DNA of 64,000 bases from Azolla caroliniana (lineage: Eukaryota > Plantae > Polypodiophyta): positions 10,602,001 to 10,666,000 of the forward strand of contig JBHGNT010000014.1 in assembly GCA_043228905.1 (NCBI GenBank), given 5' to 3'. The notes below the pieces were generated by a model. It made no database searches. It was not told where the DNA came from and saw nothing but the letters and a program-made list of their open reading frames with translations. The position numbers and the translations under genes were made by a program. Positions within the stretch are counted from its first letter, which is position 1; every line of letters begins with the position of its first letter. Shown here one piece after another: positions 12,470-25,100 of this stretch.

Positions 12470-12940
12470 TGTCAAGACTGAGAGAGAAAAAGAGAGAGAA
12501 AAAGAGATAGAGAGATAATTGAAAGAGAATTATTATATTGAAGCGTAAAATGGATTACAAAGAGTAGGCTACAAAATGGCGTTGAACCAATTTAGGTTTG
12601 GGATGGGTGGTAGATCCCTATTTATAAGTAATAGAGAACTCTCTAGAATATTCTAGGTTATCCTAGAATGTAGAGTAATCTAGAAGATCTCTAGAGTATT
12701 CTAGAAGGTTCTAGTGGTATAGAACACTCTAGAATATTCTAGGTCATTCTAGAATGTAGAGTAATATAGAATATTCCTATGATATTAGATTTCATATTCT
12801 AGAGACTATACATATAAGAATATTAATACAATGGTTAAGGATTTGACATGTGTACAACAAGGTCGTGGGTTCAAATCCTTTCAAGTCATAATGTGAGTGT
12901 CATGATCCTTTCGATGCATGATGTGACTGTTATCATGACA
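12470..12940 (-). repeat. Copy A 5' LTR (471 bp)
   Basis: TG...CA ends; TATAAATA; followed by the non-tRNA PBS GTTTGAACCAATTT (12469-12456). Confidence 0.95.
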
Positions 12941-12957
12941 AAATCTACATTGACATA

Positions 12958-15900
12958 ATGAATACTTAAATAGGGAGCACTCTCCCTAGCAAGAAGTTGG
13001 ATAGAAAAAACTTTGCATCTTGGGAGTACAAGATGCACCAATACGTTGTCGGCCAAGGTTATTGGGGCTACATCACAGGAGCTCAAGAAAATCGGCCCGA
13101 CCCAACGACTCTTGAATACTCAACATGGGAGCAAGCCACAAGCTAAGTGATGTATTTCTTGGCGACATATGTCCATGACCACATGCTTGGCTACATTCAT
13201 GAAGCTAAGACGCCGAAGGAAGCGTGGGAGAATCTTCAGAAGATTTTCGCAGCCAACACAACCGCAAGAAAACTTCAACTCCGCCAAGAGTTGAATAATA
13301 TCCAACAAAGGGATATGTCCATCACAAGCTACACCTTGAAGATCAAGGAGCTTTGTGATTCACTTGGCTCAATAAGCGTCAATGTGGAGGATGACAAGAT
13401 GGTGCAAATATTCCTAGGTGGCCTCGCACCACGGTTCGGTGTGATGAGAACCGTCGTCCTATCAAGGGAGAATCCTCACTCTTTCTTCGATCTTCAATCC
13501 ATGTTGTTGGTTGAAGAAAATCTTGTTCGAACAAAGAGCAATGCCTCGGAAGGCCACATGCTCTACAAACATTCGAAAGAGGAAGAGGACATAGCCGAGC
13601 AAGAGGCCGATTTGGCCAAGGACGAGGCGGACGAACTCCGACCTATGAAAACAACTCCCAATTTCGGCAAGAAAGTAGAAACAATCGAGGAACATTTGGA
13701 AGAAAGGGGAGCTTCCATGTCGGTCCAAGGCGACAAAACTCAATTGAGTGCGGATATTGCGGCAAAACTAGCCACCACGAAGAAGAGTGCCGGAAGAAGA
13801 AGCGTGAGTCGACTTCCACAAGCCGACAACTCACCAATTATGCCACCAAATCCGACTATGAAGACCATGGTGGAATGATCGTGATGAGACATAGAGAAAA
13901 TTCTATGTCGGCTTCTACTTCGACTAGTGCCTCCAATCCGGAAAACGTATCATCCGTCGACTCCGGTGCCTCGAACCATATGATGTCTCATCAAGAATGG
14001 CTTTGAGACCTTCGAGAGCCGGATCGTCCCGGCTATGTCAAGACCAAAGATGACACCACTCATCCAATTCGGCATATCGGCAATGTCCCATTCGAGAAAG
14101 AAAACGAACAAACTTGCATAAAAAATGTCTTGCATGTACTAACCATAACGAGGAATTTGGTCTCGGTCGGCCAAATTTTTGAGCAAGGCATGCAAGTTCG
14201 ATTCAACCAAGGTGGTTGTTTCATCGAGAAGGAAGGTCGACTCATCGCTCATGGTCGAATGTTTATCCTCGAATTGAACGAGGTAAAATCGGCAATGTTT
14301 GAAAAAGGCCTCAAAGCCGACACCGACATAGAGCTATGGCACAAAAGAATCAGCCACATCAATCTCAACAAACTCAAGGGCATGCAATCAAAAGGAGTCG
14401 TCATTGGACTTCCGACGTTCAAAGAGAAAGAGATTGAAGGAGTATGTGGAGCTTGCCAATTCGGCAAGCAACATCGGCACCCATTTCTAAAGGAACAAAA
14501 TGTGAGCAAAGGCCTCCTAGATGTGATCCACTCAGATGTGTGGGGACCGGCACAGATGACCACATTGGGAGGATGTCGGTACTATCTTACCCTCATCGAT
14601 GACTTCTCTAGGCATACATGGATCTTTCCCATGAGGCAGAAGAGTGAAGTGTTTACACAATTCCAAAAATTCAAAAGCAAAGTCGAAAAGACAACTGGCA
14701 GCCATGTACGATGTCTTCGGTCAGACGGAGGAAAGGAATACTTCTTCAATGCATTCTCGGCATACCTTTGCCAAGAAGGAATTCAGCAAGAATTTACTTG
14801 CCGACACACACCACAACAGAACGGTGTAACCGAATGCAAGAATAGGCACATCCTCGAAGTAGCACGGACCATGCTCAATGAGAAGCACATGTTGAAGTCA
14901 TATTGGGCCGAAGCAGTAAATACTACCGTCTACCTCATGAATCGGTGCACAAAATCCAAAGTGCATGAACTTGCCCCTTATGAGAAGTACTATGGGAAGA
15001 AGTCGGATCTATCCTATGTAAGGATATTTGGCTCACTTGCATATGTGCACATTCCCAACGAAAAGCGGCAAAAGTTAGATCCCAAGCTGGAGAAGTGTAC
15101 TGTTGTAGGGTACTCACTAGAGCAAAAGGGGTACAAGTGTTTCAACCCCTCCACTCGGAAGGTTCGTGTAAGTCGGGATGTCGTCTTTGACGAATCAGCA
15201 TCATGGTACAAACTTGAGCCGACTCCTCCCGAATCATTTCCAGTCGACCCTAACTTGGCCAACCAAGAGATAGAAGACGAAAATCAATTAAGGCATATGT
15301 TTGAAGAAAGTACGATCATGACCAGGCTCAATGGGCCACAAGAGCCCCCGAGCGACCAGAGCACATCTCAGCCAAGTCCGAAGATGGACAAAGGCAAGGC
15401 CAAAATGCCAGAATATGAAGACAATCAATTCAACAACAATGAGTTGGCTCACTCACTTGACAATGAGCTTGATGAATTTGATGTGCCTCTTATGAGGTCA
15501 TCCGGAGTTAAGAAAGCACTCACATCGGCAAATGAAAAACTCCGATGCTCCATCCGTGAGAAGAATCTAGTTAGCCAATTCGGCTACAACGACTATATGG
15601 CATACCACTATGCCTTTATGATGAATGTGGCAGTAGTTCAAGAACCGGAAATTTTTTCTGAAGCAGCCAAGGATCCATGATGGGTCAAAGCAATGAATGA
15701 GGAGATGCAGGCATTATGCAGGAATGAGACATGGGATCTTGTTCCCCACTCACCACACAAAAAGGCGATAGGCTACAGATGGATTTACAAAGTGAAGTAT
15801 AATGCCGATGGCTCCATCAACAACTACAAAGCCTGATTTGTAGCGAAAGGATATGCCCAAACACATGGAGTTGACTATGAAGAGACCTTTGCCCCGGTGG

Positions 15901-17233
15901 CAAAGATGACGACTGTGCGGACCCTGATTGCAGTTACAACGGTGAACGGGTGACACCTCCATCAAATGGACGTCAAGAATGCCAAGAACGTCTTTCTTCA
16001 AGGCGAATTAGAAGAGGAGGTGTATATGGTACAAACACCCGGCTTCGAATCCAACATCCATCCGAAAGCAGTCTGCCGACTTAAGAAACCTCTCTATGGT
16101 CTTAAGTAAGCACCACATGCTTGGGATTCAAAGATAACACAATATCTTCATCGAATCGGCTTTCGAATGTCAAAATACGACAACTCTCTCTATGTAAGAC
16201 GCGATTATGAAAGTCCGATTATCATCATCCTATACGTAGATGATCTGGTCATTGGAGGTGAGAATCTAGTCGACATCAACAAGGTCAAGTCCCTCCTCTC
16301 AAGCACATTCAAGATGACGAACATGAAAGAGCTCCATTACTTCCTTGGCATCGAGGTAATTTGGACTCTAGCTGAGATTATGATCTCCCAATAACACTAC
16401 ATCCTCAACTTGTTATACAAGTTCGGGATGACTAAGTACAAATATGTGGCAACGCCTCTTGATCAGAACCTGAAGCTAATTGCTGACACCGGCACAGAAG
16501 AGTGTGAGCCGACTTAGTATCGACAACTGATGGGGAGCCTCATCTATCTCACGATCACTCGACCCAACCTTATCTACCTGATCAGTCTCCCTTAACCAAT
16601 TTAGGCAAACACCATCTGACATTCACTTGGATTGCACTAAGCGAGTGTTACGATACATGAGTGGCACAATGGATTGTGGCATTCTCTACAAATTGGCCAC
16701 ACCAATTCGACTCCAAGGATACACAGATACCGATAGGGCCGACTACAAAGCCGATCAAAGATCAACCTCTGGTTTTGTTTTCTCCCTCGATAACGGAGTA
16801 ATATCCTGGAGTAGCAAGAAGCAACCAACCATCGCTCTTTCGAGCATAGAGGCTGAATACAGGGGCACAACTATGGCTGCATGTGAAGCCGTATGGCTCA
16901 AGAGGATTTTGAAGGATCTGGGCATTCCCATCAAGGATCCGACTCCCCTTTTCTACGACAACATGAGCAGTATTTATCTGGCTCGGAACCCGGTGTTCCA
17001 CGCGCATGCGAAGCATATCGAGGTGCACTATCACTTCGCGCGTTCAGGCTGGAGACGTCGACCTTCAACATATCCACACGAATCTTCAGACAGTCGACAT
17101 CTTCACCAGAGCCCTAGGAGCCGACAAGCTTCGGCATTTCATGTCAGACCTTGGATTGATGATCCCTGACTTGCCAAGCTTGAGGGGGAGTACAAGAGAG
17201 AACCGGATACCATTTGAACCAGATACTAGCTGA
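12958..17233 (+). pseudogene. Copia-1 gag-pol, disrupted
   Basis: UBN2-like gag (13147-13878), PR DSGASNHM, integrase (LWHKRISH, HSDVWGP, LRSDGGKEY), RT YVDD (16167-16394), RH SWSSKKQ; many stops and frameshifts. Confidence 0.92.
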
Positions 17234-17282
17234 TGCAGACACCAACCGAAAGGAACCAACCCAAGTTGAGCTTGAGGGGGCA

Positions 17283-17460
17283 TGTTGAGAATCAAGCTTA
17301 ACCTAGACTAGTGTGTGAACACACCTTTGAGAATCTATGAGCACTCAAAGGTCAAAAGTCACCATTACTCTCTACACATTAACTATGTGTCATAGAATCA
17401 TATTCTATGACACATAACTAATGAGTTTCTACATTCCCCATGACCGATGAGCTACAATAG
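17283..17460 (+). repeat. Copia-1 3' LTR, truncated
   Basis: Similarity to the 6655 LTR ends abruptly at ~17460. Confidence 0.85.
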
Positions 17461-19221
17461 TCCTAAGACGATCGGATGTCGAGGAGATGTGATGAGGTAA
17501 AAGGGGATCTCCTCCTAGTGTGCGCCCACACGAAGCCCTAATGGGATCGTAGTTTGAGTAATTGCTCATGACGAGAGGACACGCCTGTCGGTGGCTTCAA
17601 CGGGAATGGGTTTTGAGAGGCAAACGATGGGTACACCATGTGCTTGGGCGAACGCAACGTCGATGAAGCAAGAAGACGCCCCAGAATCAAGTAAAGCGAT
17701 AGACTGAATGGAACTGGAATTAAAAGAAAGCCATACCTCCAATGTGAAATTGCCTAATGGTCCGATAATGGAACCAAGATAATTTGGGTGACAGGAGACG
17801 TCCAACTGCATGGCGAATGATGTTGTTTTCCGGATGTTGGGGTCCGTTAGCTTGATGGAATTGAGGGTGATTAGTCCTAGGACAATGGCGAAAGAGATGA
17901 CTCGAGGCACCACAATACATGCACAAGCCATTAGCCCGCCGATATTGTCGTTCGACATCAGTCAATGGCCGAAATCGGGCTTGATCAATTTCCATGGGGA
18001 TTGGAGCATCTGCCAAAGTAGGGGCACGTGACACATCTGGCGGGAATGATACTTGGGGATGTACTACAGGGGCGTGTCGTGGAAGGGAATGAGTTCCCCA
18101 AGTCCCGCGCTCTTCCTGACGAAATTTAAAAAGACGATTGTCACAATGGACTACTTGTGAGATCGCTTGGGATAATGAGGTGGGCTCGGGAAAGTTTAAG
18201 AGAAGATTCTTGACATTGCTCTGAAGGGCCCACCGAAAATGATCAACTAAGGCTTGATCATCCCAGTTGATGTCACATGCTAGTTGTTAGAATTCTGAAT
18301 CATAGACACGTGCTTCTTCGAGGGCATAAATCTTGGTGAGAGTTGCACGTCACCGATCTGTCTCTCCAAATGTGACCTCTAACTCAGCGAGGAAGGTAGG
18401 AAAGTCCTCCAATAGAGGCAAAGAAGTTTTGAATAATGGTGCAAACTGCTTGGGCCAGACTGGAGAGGAGGGTGCCCACAAGGCTGACTTGTCGAAGATC
18501 ATCTGCATACCGTTGAGGTTGTAGCTGAATGATAAGACGAATCTAGTTGATGGAACCTCCGAAAATGTGACCTCGTTCCATCAAATTTTTCTGGGAGGCT
18601 AACCTTATGCTCAAGAAAATGAGAAGAATCTAGGGTAGATGTTGGTGGAAGGTTGGGCTCCGGGCTAGGTTGTGGTGGGAGACTAGCCTCCGCGGGCTGT
18701 GAGTATAGGGAGGCACCTACTTGAAGTTGTCGTAATGAATCTTGAAGAGCTACATTTTCAAGTTGGAGTTGTTGTAAGGTTGTCATTATTTGGCTTAAGT
18801 CAATGGCTGGGTCGGACATAGCTACGGCTAATGAGAGGGAGAGCTACGAGGATGGAAGGTGAAAAAACTATCATGGATAGATCATAGGCTCAAGAGACTA
18901 GAAAGAAGATAACCAAATGGATGAGTGGTATTAACTAAAAGACTCCATAACCGGTGTTGTTCACCATGAATTCCTTCAAGGTTAACCCAACTATTCCTAC
19001 TAAGGGGCATGCATACCTATTGCACGCATGTGATACAATAGAGCATGTAGGTATGCATGCATGTGCCAAGTGTAAACAATACAAGGGAGAAACTATGCCC
19101 ATGATGCTAGTTAAAAACTACAAGGAGCAATTGTACACATGATTGTATACTAGATATGTTGGTTAACACATAACACTTGATTATAACATGATTGGTCATG
19201 TCAAGAGTTCGAATCTTGACA
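17461..19221 (-). mobile_element. Chromovirus remnant, family C: 5' LTR (~18869-19221), gag and protease
   Basis: ORF fragments KVSLPEKFDGTRS, PIPMEID...LCMYCGASSH, LLDSGASSCF, ending at HPIVLGL; LTR starts TGTCAAGA at 19221 on minus. Confidence 0.8.
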
Positions 19222-20410
19222 GAAAGGAGAATCTGGTATGCTAGTTGAGGAAGATCCTTTACGACAGTGGTATCGGAAGTTCAAATCTTTCATGGCCGAC
19301 CACTGCGTGTTCGTGAAGGAGTTCAACAGAGGAGATTTCCTCATTCTCCTACTATACGTGGATGACATGCTGATATTCGGACAAAGACCATAATCCAAAT
19401 GTTGAAGAAGGCCTTGGGTAGACCATTCTCAATGACGGATATGGGTCTGGCAAGACAGATCCTGGGAATGCACATTGTTTGGGACCGAACAAAAAGTTAT
19501 TATGGTTGTCACAAGAAAAGTACGTGACAAAGGTGCTCTAGAGGTTCAACATGGAAAGCGTGAAACCGGTCAGTTCGACACTTCTGACTAGCAGCAAGTT
19601 GTCTGAAGAGAAAGTCGGAGAAAGTTGAGGTGATGAAGGTACCCTATGCCTCAGCGGTCGGAAGCCTGATGTACGCGATGGTTTGTACCAGGCCAGACAT
19701 TGGATATGTTGTCAGAGTCGTTGGCCAATTCATGAGAAATCCCAATAGAGAACATTGGGAAGCAGTCAAGTGGATACTTCAGTACCTGAGAGGCACCTTG
19801 AGCATGCGTCTGATTCGGTTCAAGTAAACCCTTATTGGAAGGTTTTACCCACTCAGACATGTCGGCTGATGTAGATACCAACTGATCCACGTCCGGGTAT
19901 GTAATGACTTATGCAGGGGGAGTCGTCTCGTGGCAGTTGAGGTTGTAGAAGGTCGTGGCCTTATTGACCACGGAAGTGGAGTACATGGACGTAGCAGAAG
20001 CCGACAAGGAGATAATCTAGATGAAGGAGTTCATCAGAGAGTTGGGGATTCGACAAGAAGAATTCCGACTCTATTGCAACAACCAAAATGTCATCCATCT
20101 TACAAAGAATGCTGCCTACCACTCAAGGACCAAGCACATCGAGAGGAGATACCATTGGCTCCGAGAGCGGGTAGAAGAAAAGGAGTCTGCTCTGATGAAG
20201 ATGCACACAATTGACAATGGATCGGACATGCTGACGAAGGTGCTATCGGTAGAGAAGTTGGACGCATGCCGAAGACGGGTCGGATTAACGAAGCACCCCA
20301 TGTTGGAGTGAAGGGGGAGTTTGTTGGGAAAACATGTCCCTTTGGATGGGAAGGAGAGCACGAGCCAGATCAATCAAATCCAAAGGAAAAGAGAGACCGG
20401 AGCTAGATCG
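19222..20410 (+). mobile_element. Copia 3' remnant (RT-RH, PPT, start of 3' LTR at 20322), related to Copia-2
   Basis: YVDD, VPYASAVGSLMY, HSRTKHI; PPT GAAGGGGGAG followed by TGTTGGG. Confidence 0.85.
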
Positions 20411-21601
20411 GTGTCTATGATGCGACAACCTGGAAAATATGGCAAAGTGGGTTATGGTGGCCAATAACCCTGAAGGACGCAGTTCGGTATGGCAAGGAGT
20501 GCGATCTCTGCCAGTGACTCGGCCAACCAACGGAACAGGCCCGGATGCCCCATCATCTGGTATTACCATTGGAACCATTTCAGAAGTGGGGATTGGACTT
20601 CGTAGGCTCATTTAAACCACCGACGATGCGCACCGGAAACAGATACATAATTGTCGCCACCGACTACTGCACAAAATGGGTGGAAGCGAAAGCACTACGG
20701 GACAACACCGCGGCATCAACATTGAAGTTTTTGTATGAACACATATGGTGTCGGTACGGTTGTCCAATCGAACTCATAAGCGACTAGGGAGAACATTTCC
20801 TCGGCCAAGTAGTAGAGAGACTCACAACATTCTATGTGGTAATCCACAAGCGTAGTACGCCTTACTACCCATAGGCAAACGGTGTCGCGGTAATCCGCGC
20901 TCGCATCTTGGATCCGGGCGGGACCACTGGGGTCATGGACCAGGAGGGGAGGAGTTGCCGAGAACCTGAATCCTCCGGAGCTTGCCGCGTCGCCGGCCGG
21001 TTTGATCCCGGATATTCTCCGGACGCGGCCGATAACCACACGGGAAGTGAGAGAGCTCGCCCTCGTCCTTGCCACCCCTTTAGCCCGTATGTACAAGGGG
21101 CCCAAAAGAGGCACGGGGCACGATCAGGTTAACTGCGCCCGCACATACGCACACACACATATCCACACCCGGTTACGACCGGCACCTCTACACCGGCGAC
21201 CATGCACGCACCCTCTCTCATATCCTACACTACCTGGAAACACACACACACACATACACACGCGACGCTTGCTACGACGCCATTTCCACACATAGAGGAA
21301 GAGGGAGCTTGCATCCTAGGGCCGGTCGGGGAGCTCCCAGGCTCGTTCGTGTGACGGGACCCTCATGTAGGGCATGACTCTTCCAGAACGACCACCTCCT
21401 ATGCCAAGCCGCCTTCAGGGAGCGCACGAGTTCGCTAAACTGAGTTGGGTCTTGCGTGCCAAGGAGGGAAACCTGCCAACGAACCACCAAGCGCGTGGGC
21501 TCTTCACAGGCGACAGAAGCTAACACCCACACACACGCAGACGTGCCGGACCGTGGAGTATTGAGAACCAACAAGCAGGAACACAAGAAAGGCACAGACA
21601 G

Positions 21602-22065
21602 TGTTAGTTGACCGGCAAGGGAAGTCCAGAATGGGAAATGAGGGGATAATTAATAACCGGGAGTTGATTATATATTTATATAGAATTATTATGATTTTGA
21701 GAAGCGAACGGACGGACACGGAATCAGTATGCCGATCCGGATCCGGACCGGTTCGTAGCCGGTTGCTGGTTAGCACCGGTTTGTACCTAAAGCCGGAGAC
21801 CTATAAAAAGGGTTGGCTAGATTGTAATCATGAGCGGATAATTAATAGAAAATTGTTGTTATGTATCTTAATCATTGTTAATTACCGTTCTGTGCTAAGT
21901 GTAATTTATCCTACGCGCGTATTGTGACTAATGATATTGCTGCTTAGTGACCAATCAGGGTTCCATTAATAGTTGGTCTAACTCTATCTCACCGCAACAC
22001 CCCTTTGGTGAAGTGTCTCAAAGGGACACCCTATGTTAGGCCATTGTCCGGCCCTAGCGATAACA
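21602..22065 (+). repeat. Element 1 5' LTR
   Basis: TGTTAG...TAACA; TATAAAA at ~21802; several percent diverged from the 3' LTR. Confidence 0.93.
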
Positions 22066-22120
22066 CAGTTTTTGGCAACCACGATTCCTGCACAAACGCA
22101 ACGAACAACGACGGGCATGG

Positions 22121-25100
22121 ATGACTAGACCAACAAGCGACCCAGTTACGGAGCGAGCAAGAAGACTTGCTGAATGATTGCGGAAGCGAGAGGCTTTCCA
22201 ATAGGCGACAGAAGAGATCCGTGTGGATCGCTCATTTTCCAAAGTAATCCGACGAGTGGCCGTAGAGTCACTCCGCGGACAACAGAATTCCCAACTGGAT
22301 GAAGGAAGCAACGTGAGTAGTCTCTGGGATGCGGAATCCATCCTGCAGGCACTAGCGACAAGGGGAGGCGATTCGGAACCATTCTTGGCCTTCGAATCAG
22401 ATTCGGAAGGCGAATGCAACGCCCATTCGAAATACCGTAGTAGCCATGACATCCCAGATGGACCGGAGGACGAGCAGTAGGATACCTTGCCAACACTAGA
22501 ACTGGAGTTAACGGAACTAGAAGCTCCAGATCGGCAGGTGGCGGATCAACTCCCGACACTGCCACGTGAGACACCGAAGGAAGAGGAGGCAAGTCCTCCG
22601 TCACCGAAAGAAGAGGAGGCAAGACCTCCGACACCGAAAGAAGAGGAGGAAAGACCTCCGACACCGAAAGAAGAGGAGGCAAGACCTCCGACACCGAAAG
22701 AAGAGGAGGAAAGACCTCCGTCACCGAAGGAAGAGGGGGGGAGACCTCCGACACCGGACGACGACATGCTGTTCCAATACCCCAAGTACCGGGATGATCC
22801 GGACACAGAAGCTCATGTCTATGCATTTCTGCAAACATGGGAAGCAAACCATGTGTTGCAACGCTTGACCGCCGCCGAAGCAGAACGCTCGAAGATTGCA
22901 GAGTTCGGCATGACCTTGGAAGGACCAGCCGCACGATGGCGCTTGACACACACCCCCGGCACCATCACGCCGTTTGAGGACTTAAAAACCAGATTTTTAC
23001 AGTTCTTCAACAAAGAGGTGGATCAATGGGAGATGGTCGGCCTATTCTACACCATATGGCAGGAACCTACGGAGACCATTCAACAATTTGTAATCCAGTT
23101 CCAGCGAATGCATAGTCAGCTCAATCGGGCACCACCGGAGGAGGAGGCGAAATCAATATTCCTAGCCGCACTCAGGGAACCCTTGCGTACGATGTGTGCA
23201 GTGATTGATTTCCGCACCAGCACGATTGACCAAGTCATAGAAAGGGTCAGAGAGATGGAGAAAACAAGCTCGTGGCTAACAATGGGGGCACTCCAGCGTA
23301 CATTACCGACAAAAGACGACCTACGGTTTCGGCAAGCTATACAATGCACGACTTGTCTCAATTCCGGGCACTCGGTAATACAATGTACCATGCGGACACA
23401 ATGCATGTTATGCCACTCCAGAACGCACACAATGAACCGATGCGAATATAACTTGCTGAACTGACAAGCGGCACCGGTAAGGCAAATTGAACCCCGGAGC
23501 AACCGGGAAGAGGAAGAAGAATGCTGGCGGCGAGATGAGCGTTATCGGCCGACGCAAGATATCACTAACAACGATAGAAAGGATGCTCATGACCGAAACC
23601 GGTAGGATAGCTATCGAGATTACAACGGTGAACGATACGAGTGATACAACCGGGATCACTCCCCTGGTTACATCCAACGGAGGGAGGATCAAGGCCATTA
23701 TGAAAACCGGCCCCGATAGGGTTACCAGAACAAAAAAAGCTTCAACAAAAAATGGAATGCTAGAAAGGAGGACCGCCAGTGGCAGCCAGACAAGGGCACG
23801 CCAAGTACCCAACCGGACCAAGCACCTAACCGACCACCAATAGGACCTCAACCAGGTACCAGAGTGAACGCCGAATCCAGCAACACCCGGAAAGTGTACT
23901 ACTACTATTGCCGGCGAGAAGGACATTATAGCAATCAATGTCCGGTTAAAAACTACGAGAAAAGACTAGTTGTAAATATGGTGGTAGCAGAAGTTGCCGA
24001 TATACAACAAGTCACTACCAGGGCAAAAGGCAAAATGACGGAGTGGGAAACACGGGAGGCAATCCGAAAGCAAGCCACCGAGTGGGTAAAGAAGGCAAAT
24101 GAGCAAAATGTGGTGGAGCTTGAACAACAAAAGGAGAAATCGGAAGGGGCCACCGACACGATTAAGTCGGAAAACCCAACATGGCAAGCGTTACAAGAAT
24201 GTCAGATTACGCTGCCATTGGGTCGGTTATTACAGCTAGTGCCCCGGTTTACGGAAGGGCTGACATCAGGAATGACCACATCAATTCCGTCGCCGGCTCT
24301 TGCGTTCTTCTCAAATCCGGAAGAAGGGCCAGCCGTGGTAGATACGAACAGTCTGGCAATCACCGCCATCGTCAAAGGACGAGAACTACCAGGGACAATT
24401 GTGGACGGAGGATCAGGCGTGAACGTGATCAGTTTATGGACTTGTAACACCCTGGGAATCCAGGAATGGGAACCTTGCTAATTTTGGCTCCGAATGGTGG
24501 ATACAAGTTCGGTAAGACCTACCGGTTTGATACGGGATCTAGATGTAACTATCGGAGGTCATGCATTCCGCATTTCGGCAGTGGTCCTCCAACTCAATGC
24601 ACAAGGGGCTTACCCACTATTGCTGGGCCGCCCATGGCTAAAAACAACGCATATTAAACAAAACTGGAGGAAAAACTTGATTACCTTCCGACGAGGGAAG
24701 ACAAAAATAAGGGTACCTACCCACCCTCGAGCGAGTACCGGCAAGGAGCTGACGCCACTATATGCGGAAGGTGTGAACATGCTCAAGGGGCTTGCAGATG
24801 AAGCGGTCGACCAGTACTTAGAAGAAAACCCAAAAATTGTACCCCTATTTGAAATCGATGTGGCGGAAGCAGTGTCACCATATAGGATGCAATTGGACGA
24901 CACTATCGAGGAACCGGATCGGGAAGCTATCAGAGATTTACGACAAGCACAGGAAGCTCTGGAAAGGGAGATGGCGGTATCCCAATGCGTGAAAGCATCC
25001 CAGTTAGAGGAAGTGAACTTAGGGATCGGGGACAACGCCTGACCCGTTCATATTGCTAAGGAAATGTCACTGGACAACAGGACGACGATGATCACTTTAT

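Larger units (their letters stand above)
7144..12940 (-). mobile_element. Ty3/Gypsy chromovirus (Tcn1-like), copy A, full length
   Basis: LTRs 7144-7626 and 12470-12940 with TG...CA ends; TSD AAATC at 7139-7143 and 12941-12945; PPT GAAGAAGGGGGATAG; gag plus PR-RT-RH-INT-chromodomain. Confidence 0.97.
6655..17460 (+). mobile_element. Ty1/Copia element Copia-1, degenerate, interrupted by a chromovirus; 3' LTR truncated
   Basis: LTR start TGTTGAGAATCAA at 6655 is repeated at 17283 after the PPT TTGAGGGGGCA; gag-PR-INT-RT-RH order between them. Confidence 0.9.
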
